A program made the position numbers and the translations under genes. A DNA stretch of 64,000 bases, from positions 111,341-175,340 of the forward strand of contig CAWKEA010000005.1 in NCBI GenBank assembly GCA_963848635.1, given 5' to 3'. Source of the stretch: an uncultured bacterium (lineage in GTDB: Bacteria > Patescibacteriota > Minisyncoccia > Phycocordibacterales > PALSA-1337). Of this stretch, positions 57,769-64,000 are shown piece after piece; positions within the stretch are counted from its first letter, which is position 1; each line of letters opens with the position of its first letter. The notes beneath the pieces were generated by a model. It ran no database searches. It was given only the letters and a program-made list of their open reading frames with translations, and was not told where the DNA came from.

Positions 57769-59217
57769 TTATTTTGTCTCGGTGCTTGTGGATACTGCAA
57801 CGGAGATATGGGCGGACGAGGACGGGATAGTGTGGATCCAGAACGGCACGATCGAGATCTGTGCGCTTGATATGACTGAGCTATATTGGTTGAAGATGGA
57901 ATTGCTGGTGGACAACGGTTTTCCTTCCAATTGCGCCTTTATCTTGTCTGGATCGAGAGCGCCGTCGATACTGAGATCGCCGGAAAGAGCGAACTCGATC
58001 GATTTTGCGGACGAAGACAATGCCTGCCCGGCGGTCGGCGTAAAAACAAGGGATGAAAGGCCGTTGATCGTATAATCATCAGCAGGAAATCGAGCGATCT
58101 CGCTCTTTGCAAGGGTGTTTTCGAGATCGGTCTCCTTGAAGATGATGCCGGTGGCGATAGCTTGCATCGACGCATCCGCTACGCTTGAACTAGCGCTTGA
58201 CGACTGGGCTATCGAGCCTATCGTCGTCGATGAAAGCGCGATGCTGGCCGCCTTTGGATACAAGATATAGCCCGACGGCACCATGCCAACGAGCGCATTT
58301 TGGGCCGCCGACATAAGATTCGACGACAGCGTCGCAGTTACAGCGTTCAATGCCGCGCTCGGCACGATCATCTTCGGTCCGGATGATCCGCCGGTCGCAT
58401 CGGTCGTCATATGGCTATAAAATATGCTCGCCTTTGCAGTTCCTTGCCATGCAACTATCGTCAAGTCGCCTTTAAGGCTGGAAAGAGAAAGATCATAAGC
58501 TGGTCCAGGAGCGCTCGCGATGATTTTCACCCCAACAGTGCCAATTGATTTTGAAGAGGCGGCCGGGATGACGACGGTCGAGACAGTCTTGTAGACGAGG
58601 CCTCTGCCGTCCTCGAGCCGTGTGCCAGCGATTATCTTTTGAGGCGAAGGGCTCGCCGCGTTTATGAGCACGGCCATTGCCGTGGCGTATGTACTCACCG
58701 TTCCGCCTAGAGTAGCCTGCACTGACGTATGAGCAATCGTGGTCGTCGAGATCGTTTCAAAAGAAAGGTCGGGCGATTCGGCGTTTTGAACTGCCGTGAA
58801 CGTCCCGTTGATTGGCACGTCCTCCGATTGCAGAGTTATGATGACATGAGCCCGAGCCATAAAAACCGAAATAGCATAGACAATGGCAATGCATGAGATA
58901 ATGACGACTCCGCCTATGATCCATTTCCAATTCCGACCAGACGCGGATTTCTTTGGATTTTGGGGCGGTCTTGGTCCGTCAATAGCAGGCTCTTGTGGTG
59001 CGGCTGGAACCGAAGCAGAAGGAGCGGGAAAATCACGTTTCTCTTGCCCAGTATGATCCAAATGAAGAGGGACTCGTATGCCTATATCTTCACGGCTGAT
59101 GCCTGCGTATGCGGTATTTTGTGGATTTTTTTCTTCTGGTCCTTCGCTCAAATTGACTTCGCGTATAGATCGACGCTTTGAAGAGACTATGTCTTGAACG
59201 ATTTTTTTTGAAACCAT
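57769..59217 (-). CDS. Membrane-anchored protein with baseplate-J-like beta domain
   Basis: DI start, P-rich linker, one TM, GTRLED.GLVYK..VVIPA...VKIIAS.PGPAY, PFW near the C-terminus. Confidence 0.65.
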   Translation of the reverse strand: MVSKKIVQDIVSSKRRSIREVNLSEGPEEKNPQNTAYAGISREDIGIRVPLHLDHTGQEKRDFPAPSASVPAAPQEPAIDGPRPPQNPKKSASGRNWKWIIGGVVIISCIAIVYAISVFMARAHVIITLQSEDVPINGTFTAVQNAESPDLSFETISTTTIAHTSVQATLGGTVSTYATAMAVLINAASPSPQKIIAGTRLEDGRGLVYKTVSTVVIPAASSKSIGTVGVKIIASAPGPAYDLSLSSLKGDLTIVAWQGTAKASIFYSHMTTDATGGSSGPKMIVPSAALNAVTATLSSNLMSAAQNALVGMVPSGYILYPKAASIALSSTTIGSIAQSSSASSSVADASMQAIATGIIFKETDLENTLAKSEIARFPADDYTINGLSSLVFTPTAGQALSSSAKSIEFALSGDLSIDGALDPDKIKAQLEGKPLSTSNSIFNQYSSVISSAQISIVPFWIHTIPSSSAHISVAVSTSTETK

Positions 59218-59252
59218 GATGGCTAAAGTTATTCTTTCTTGCTCTGATTATA

Positions 59253-60416
59253 CTATAATCTCCGTGCCAACGGCAATGCCGCAACATAGAGGCTCGTGGA
59301 CAGATCGACGGAGACAGCCGGGATAGGTTCGACGTACAAAGCCATGATGCCAGCGTCAGCGCGCATCACTGAAACTGCCGACGCGGATTTCTTGAGGGCC
59401 TCCACAAAAGCGGAGCAGAGATGCCCTGCCGATATATATATGACGGACGGCAATGCCAATTCGCCTCCTTCAGAGATTATATTGATGATTCCATGCGTCC
59501 ATTCGGGCATGATCTGTTCGAGGAAAGATCTTGCCATATCCTCCGCATGGCTGTCATTTGCATTGCTATCCAAAAGCGTCAAAGTCGAAACAGCCGCGGC
59601 CTCGCCTGCTTCACGGGCAAAATCGCGCACAAGAGTGGCGGTGCCAAAAGGCAATGAGCCGCTGGTCACGCAGACTCCTTGTCGGACGACAAGGATATCG
59701 GTCAGCTCCCCGTGGATCTGCAACCAAACGTAATCGACATGTTGCGGCATGGCCGAACGCAACGCAAGGTAGCGCAAGATGACCGCTGAATGAAAGATCT
59801 CGTCCCCAGCTCGGATAGATCTGTTGATGCATGATTTTATGTCATTCAGCAATTTGCGCGAAGCGAATGAAAAGACCATGGTGCCTTGGAGCGACCGCGC
59901 GCGTTTGCCTTCATAATCGACTACTGGATAGCCGTTTATTTTGATCTCGAATATTTTAGCATCGATCACGACGCTATCGCCCGCGCTAAAGATCTTTGCC
60001 GAAGCTGTTTTCTCGTCAAGAAGGAGATTCGTCACGGTCGACTGCCGCATGACGGTCTCTTGCTCGAATTTTTTCTCGACACAGGACAATTTCGAGATTA
60101 TCCACGGAGAGGACAAAACGACATGGATGCGGTCGAAGCGCATCTGATCGATCAGCTTTTTCTCCATGAGGCCGACCATCGAAGCTTGGGCTTTCGAAGC
60201 GGCTTGCTCGAGCATCTTCAGCATCGCCCTTGTCAGATGCGGACCCCTATATACGCCATCGACATGGATCTTGTGCTCGATCTCGCTTTCGGCATGATAG
60301 ACGACGCGAGGCGTCTTGCCTGTCTCATAGACGATGATCGAAGCGGAGACTGAGTCGCTCTCGATGTCGAAGACGATCTCGGTCGAGATGGGAGATTTCT
60401 TGGTAAAGAAAGACAT
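59253..60416 (-). CDS. Divergent FtsA/PilM-like actin-fold protein
   Basis: IVFDIESDSVSA, LSSPW, INGY, IHGELTDI, SLPFG; start ATG 60416. Confidence 0.65.
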   Translation of the reverse strand: MSFFTKKSPISTEIVFDIESDSVSASIIVYETGKTPRVVYHAESEIEHKIHVDGVYRGPHLTRAMLKMLEQAASKAQASMVGLMEKKLIDQMRFDRIHVVLSSPWIISKLSCVEKKFEQETVMRQSTVTNLLLDEKTASAKIFSAGDSVVIDAKIFEIKINGYPVVDYEGKRARSLQGTMVFSFASRKLLNDIKSCINRSIRAGDEIFHSAVILRYLALRSAMPQHVDYVWLQIHGELTDILVVRQGVCVTSGSLPFGTATLVRDFAREAGEAAAVSTLTLLDSNANDSHAEDMARSFLEQIMPEWTHGIINIISEGGELALPSVIYISAGHLCSAFVEALKKSASAVSVMRADAGIMALYVEPIPAVSVDLSTSLYVAALPLARRL

Positions 60417-60473
60417 GGGTGAATTATAGCATGGCACAAAACCATAGATGTGGAAATTGACGGGTCCGAAGCC

Positions 60474-62453
60474 TTATGCGAGCGCCGCCTTTATCCTCCG
60501 CACCCCTTGCGAGCTGGCTTCTTCTTTTTGGATCTTGAAGCGCCATTTCCCTTCGGGACCGGCCAGTTCGGACGTATTTTTGACATGAGGGCCGCCGCAG
60601 AATTCTTTTGAATACGCGTTCTTTAGATCGTCGATCGTTGGAGGGTTCGATGCAGGGCCGATAAAGTAGATCGAGATCCGATCTCCGTATTTTTCGCCGA
60701 AGAAATGCCGCGCGCCTGTTTTTTCGGCTTCCGCTCGAGGCACGATGATCTGGTTCACCGGCAGAGCGGCCTTGATCTTTTCATTGACGATCTCTTCCAC
60801 TTTTTTCTTTTGCTCGTCAGTGAGCTTTACGCCGTTAAAGTCATAGCGCAGACGTTCGGCCGTGATATTCGAGCCTTTTTGGCTTCCTGATTCCTCACCC
60901 AAAACATCATGGAGAGCCTGTTGAAGGAGGTGCGTCGCGGTATGATATCGGACCACCATCGGATCGTTCGCGTCAGCGAGGCCGCCCTTGAATTTTTGTT
61001 CGGCGCCGGCGCGCGAGAGGTCTTGGTGCTTTTTGAATTCTTCATGAAAGCCTTTCTCATCGACGTTAATTCCCTTCTCTTTTGCGATATCGACGATAAG
61101 TTCAAGCGGTAAGCCGTAAGTTTGAAATATCTTGAAAGCGGCCAATCCTGGCATTATTTTCGGCATTTTTTCTAAATTTGACTGAGTTTCAACATCAGAG
61201 CTTCCTGTTAAAGCCGGGCCTCGAGTCCACAGATCAAATTCTTTTATCATCTCTTTATCAAGTTCCTTCGTTCCAAGCACGAGCGCCTCTGCGAACTTTT
61301 CCGATTCCTCGATGAGAACCTTCTTTATCAAAGCCGACTTCTCCACAAGCTCCGGATAGCTCTCCTTATATATCGAAATAAACGTATCGACGAATTTCGA
61401 TATTTCAGCCGCAGGGAGCTTTTTTGCCGCAGTATTCATGACAGCGCGGCGGATGAAGCGGCGGAGGATGTAGCCGCGATCGGTGTTCGACGGAATGACG
61501 CCATCTGTTATAAGGAAAATACTTGCCCGCAGATGGTCGGCAACGATGCGCTTGCTTCGGAGAGGCGTTTTCTCATCATTCAAAAGATCCATGACCGGCT
61601 TGAACAAATCAGTGTCGTAGGTATTGTCAGAACCGCTCAATGTGATCGTGAGCCGTTCAAGACCGGCGCCGGTGTCGACGGACGGCTTTGGGAGCTTGCC
61701 GACGATCTTGCCGTCTTTCTTTTCATATTGCATAAAAACGTCGTTCCACACTTCGACCACCTCTTGCGCGGCGTCAGCCTTTGCGTAATCCTCATGCGTC
61801 AAAAGCGCGCCTTTGTGCGTGTTCTTTATGTCATAGAACATCTCGGTATCGGGGCCGCACGGGCCGTTGTCGCCCGCTTCCCACCAATTGTTTTCCGCGG
61901 GCAGATAGAAGATACGACCAGCCTCGCCTTTGCTCGTATCGCCGCCGGCTTCTACTTTATTTTTCTTGAAAACATCGCGCCAGATGTCGGCGGCCTCGTC
62001 ATCGCGCGGGGCATTCTCATCGCCTGCAAAGACGCTGACATAGAGGCGCGTCGGATCGAGCCCGAGGCCTTGATCGCCTTTTGGCGCGTCGATCGGATTC
62101 GTCAGGAATTCAAAGCTCCAGCCGATAGCCTCGCGCTTGAAGTAATCGCCGAGAGACCAATTGCCGAGCATCTGGAAAAAAGTATGATGAGTCTTGTCGC
62201 CGACTGTGTCGATATCGACCGTGCGCAGACATTTCTGGATGTCTACAAGGCGAGCGACTCGCGCGCCATCCGCTGAAGCATACGGCTTGCCGAGCAAATA
62301 CGGCACCAAGGGCTGCATGCCGGCAGTATTGAAAAGCGTCGCGTTCGTCAGGCCTTTTTCGTCAGGCGTAACGAGCGAAGCCGACTGGATGACGGTGTGT
62401 CCCCTCTTCTCAAAAAAAGAAAGGAACCTCTGGCGTATTTCCGATGATTTCAT
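60474..62453 (-). CDS. alaS: Alanine--tRNA ligase (short form without C-Ala domain)
   Basis: LFNTAGMQPL, HHTFFQMLGNWS, GPCGPDTE, VDTGAGLER, HTATH, FCGGPHV, GVRRIKA. Confidence 0.96.
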   Translation of the reverse strand: MKSSEIRQRFLSFFEKRGHTVIQSASLVTPDEKGLTNATLFNTAGMQPLVPYLLGKPYASADGARVARLVDIQKCLRTVDIDTVGDKTHHTFFQMLGNWSLGDYFKREAIGWSFEFLTNPIDAPKGDQGLGLDPTRLYVSVFAGDENAPRDDEAADIWRDVFKKNKVEAGGDTSKGEAGRIFYLPAENNWWEAGDNGPCGPDTEMFYDIKNTHKGALLTHEDYAKADAAQEVVEVWNDVFMQYEKKDGKIVGKLPKPSVDTGAGLERLTITLSGSDNTYDTDLFKPVMDLLNDEKTPLRSKRIVADHLRASIFLITDGVIPSNTDRGYILRRFIRRAVMNTAAKKLPAAEISKFVDTFISIYKESYPELVEKSALIKKVLIEESEKFAEALVLGTKELDKEMIKEFDLWTRGPALTGSSDVETQSNLEKMPKIMPGLAAFKIFQTYGLPLELIVDIAKEKGINVDEKGFHEEFKKHQDLSRAGAEQKFKGGLADANDPMVVRYHTATHLLQQALHDVLGEESGSQKGSNITAERLRYDFNGVKLTDEQKKKVEEIVNEKIKAALPVNQIIVPRAEAEKTGARHFFGEKYGDRISIYFIGPASNPPTIDDLKNAYSKEFCGGPHVKNTSELAGPEGKWRFKIQKEEASSQGVRRIKAALA

Positions 62454-62472
62454 GGGTGAAATATAGCAGATT

Positions 62473-64000
62473 TCATGTCAAGATGTCATCTTGACATGGG
62501 AGATTCAATCCTTGGGAAATCATTTTTCTCGTCAATTTTTCGAGCCTTGCGATATCGTCCTCGATCTCCTTGAGCCCTTCCTTCCAAAAGCCCGGCTTCG
62601 AGACGTCGATGCCGATCTCTTTCAAGATGTTTTCCGGCGAATCCTTGCCGCCAGCGGAAAGGAATTGTTCGATCTTTGACCAAAATGACTTGTCTTGCTT
62701 GTAGCGGCGCAAAAGCGCTTTCGACACGAGCATCCCGTAAGCATACGTATAGACATAAAAGAAGCGACGGATATGAGACCACTGCACGAACATATAGCCG
62801 TCATCTATCTTCATATCAAAAACAGGTCCCAAGTACGCCGACATGTGCTTGTTGTGCATTTCGGCTAGCTTTTCAGCGCCGACGAAGCCTTCTTTACGAA
62901 TGCTGTCATGGATATCTTTTTCATAATTAAAGGCAGCGATCTGGCGCATGATCGTCGATATCTCGTCGTTTATCTTTTCCTGAAGGACGATAGTCTTTTC
63001 TTTATCGGACAGCTTGTCGAATACGGCTTCAAAGGCGATTGCTTCAAAAAGCGTGCTGGCGGTTTCAGCCAAGGCTGTGGAATAGTGGCAATACATCGGG
63101 CCTTGTGCTTTTGAGAATTGGGTATGGAACGAATGGCCCATCTCATGGGCAAAGGTCGTCAAAGAATGCAGATCTCCGACATGATTCAAGAGGACGAATG
63201 TCGGCAACGAGTAATGCCCCCAGCTATATGCTCCGCCGCTCTTGCCGATACGAGGAAAGACATCGATCTGACCGTTATCGACGAATGATTGCAACATATC
63301 AGAGTACTTCGGATCGATGGCTCCAAACGTCTTTTTCAAGATATCGAGGGACTCATCGAAAGAAAATTTTTCATGTATCGCTCCAATTTTTACATTGCGA
63401 TCGCAATACGACAGATGTTCCAGACCGAGAAGTTTCGCCTTGAGCTTGTAGAACCTATGAGCCGTCGGAAACGATTCAGTGACAGTACGGACCAGCGTCT
63501 CGACGACTTTGGGGTCATTGTGATAACCCTTGACTGTATTTTCGTGCGGATATGAATAACGGCGCAATTCATCGTTTATTTTTTTGTTCGTCACCACAGC
63601 ATTGATCTCAGCCTCTGAAAAAGAAGAGACCGCTTTTAATTGCTCCGTGATGAGAGCATTCAGCCTGCGTCTTGATACGGCTTGTGCGATGTTTGGGATC
63701 TTGCCGCTAGCTCCAGCGACAGATATCTTCTTGCCCTCCCACTCGACCGAACGCAGATTCAGCATGCGCTCATTGCCATCGATCCACATATCATACGCTG
63801 GCAATGACTTCAGATTCATAATCTTTTCCTCTGGCACTGAAAGCTTGTGGAGAGACCCCTCAAATATCCTTCGCAAGAATACGCGGTATTTCGAGAACGA
63901 TGCATCTCTTAAAATAGTTTTTTGCCTGGTCGTATCTATGTCACCGAGCGAGTTTGTGAAGAACTCAAGCTTGTTCTCTGCCTGGGTCAAACGATTAGAC
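62473..64000 (-). CDS. Oligoendopeptidase F (peptidase M3B); 5' end beyond the window
   Basis: GKSGGAY, FAHEMGH (HExxH), LAETASTLFE, WSHI..FFYVYTYAYG. Confidence 0.9.
   Translation of the reverse strand, partial: SNRLTQAENKLEFFTNSLGDIDTTRQKTILRDASFSKYRVFLRRIFEGSLHKLSVPEEKIMNLKSLPAYDMWIDGNERMLNLRSVEWEGKKISVAGASGKIPNIAQAVSRRRLNALITEQLKAVSSFSEAEINAVVTNKKINDELRRYSYPHENTVKGYHNDPKVVETLVRTVTESFPTAHRFYKLKAKLLGLEHLSYCDRNVKIGAIHEKFSFDESLDILKKTFGAIDPKYSDMLQSFVDNGQIDVFPRIGKSGGAYSWGHYSLPTFVLLNHVGDLHSLTTFAHEMGHSFHTQFSKAQGPMYCHYSTALAETASTLFEAIAFEAVFDKLSDKEKTIVLQEKINDEISTIMRQIAAFNYEKDIHDSIRKEGFVGAEKLAEMHNKHMSAYLGPVFDMKIDDGYMFVQWSHIRRFFYVYTYAYGMLVSKALLRRYKQDKSFWSKIEQFLSAGGKDSPENILKEIGIDVSKPGFWKEGLKEIEDDIARLEKLTRKMISQGLNLPCQDDILT
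62474..62498. repeat. Perfect 25-bp palindrome forming the last codons of the peptidase gene
   Basis: catgtcaagatg-t-catcttgacatg. Confidence 0.8.

Noticed and set aside
57769-59217. Prophage inferred from the baseplate-J-like protein
   Set aside because: No capsid, terminase, tail or integrase genes; the gene has a TM anchor and sits among housekeeping genes.
1-64000. Alternative genetic code (TGA or TAG reassignment)
   Set aside because: Conserved genes end at expected positions with TGA, TAG and TAA, and all breaks are frame changes rather than in-frame stops.

Overview
This 64-kb chromosomal segment most likely comes from a Patescibacteria (CPR, Parcubacteria/Paceibacteria-like) genome using genetic code 11. 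That assignment is inferred from gene content: two mreB, a tandem array of VirB2/TrbC-like pilins, a stand-alone T4CP/HerA-like ATPase, a short AlaRS, a helicase-degenerate PriA and leaderless core genes. Core genes are macAB-like efflux, mreB, murA, priA, two GT2, dedA, a type IV pilin, murJ, an O-antigen-ligase-like/TPR protein, rnpB, rarA, tRNA-Trp, rpmG, mreB-mreC-(mreD-like)-mrdA, pth, leuS, secA, murB, alaS and pepF. About ten single-base indels split otherwise intact genes, including essential leuS, and are best explained as consensus errors. Main observations: (1) an NYN RNase gene faces a convergent promoter-hairpin-terminator small RNA (candidate RNA-antitoxin system), with two similar orphan units nearby; (2) at least five unrelated orphan genes share one expression cassette (sigma70 promoter, boxA-like motif, usually an SD-like stretch, terminator), whereas core genes are leaderless; (3) diverged stubs of the rarA 5' end and a histidine phosphatase 3' end bracket inserted genes, suggesting homology-anchored gene capture; (4) a large HAF-repeat/hydrolase gene with a Verrucomicrobia-like C-terminus has an IS30 inserted in its 5' leader; (5) LeuRS carries an alpha/beta-hydrolase and a NUDIX domain inside its editing domain; (6) palindromic and heptamer repeats are inserted in frame in secA, leuS and murB. 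All family assignments come from motif recognition by eye; no database search was run.
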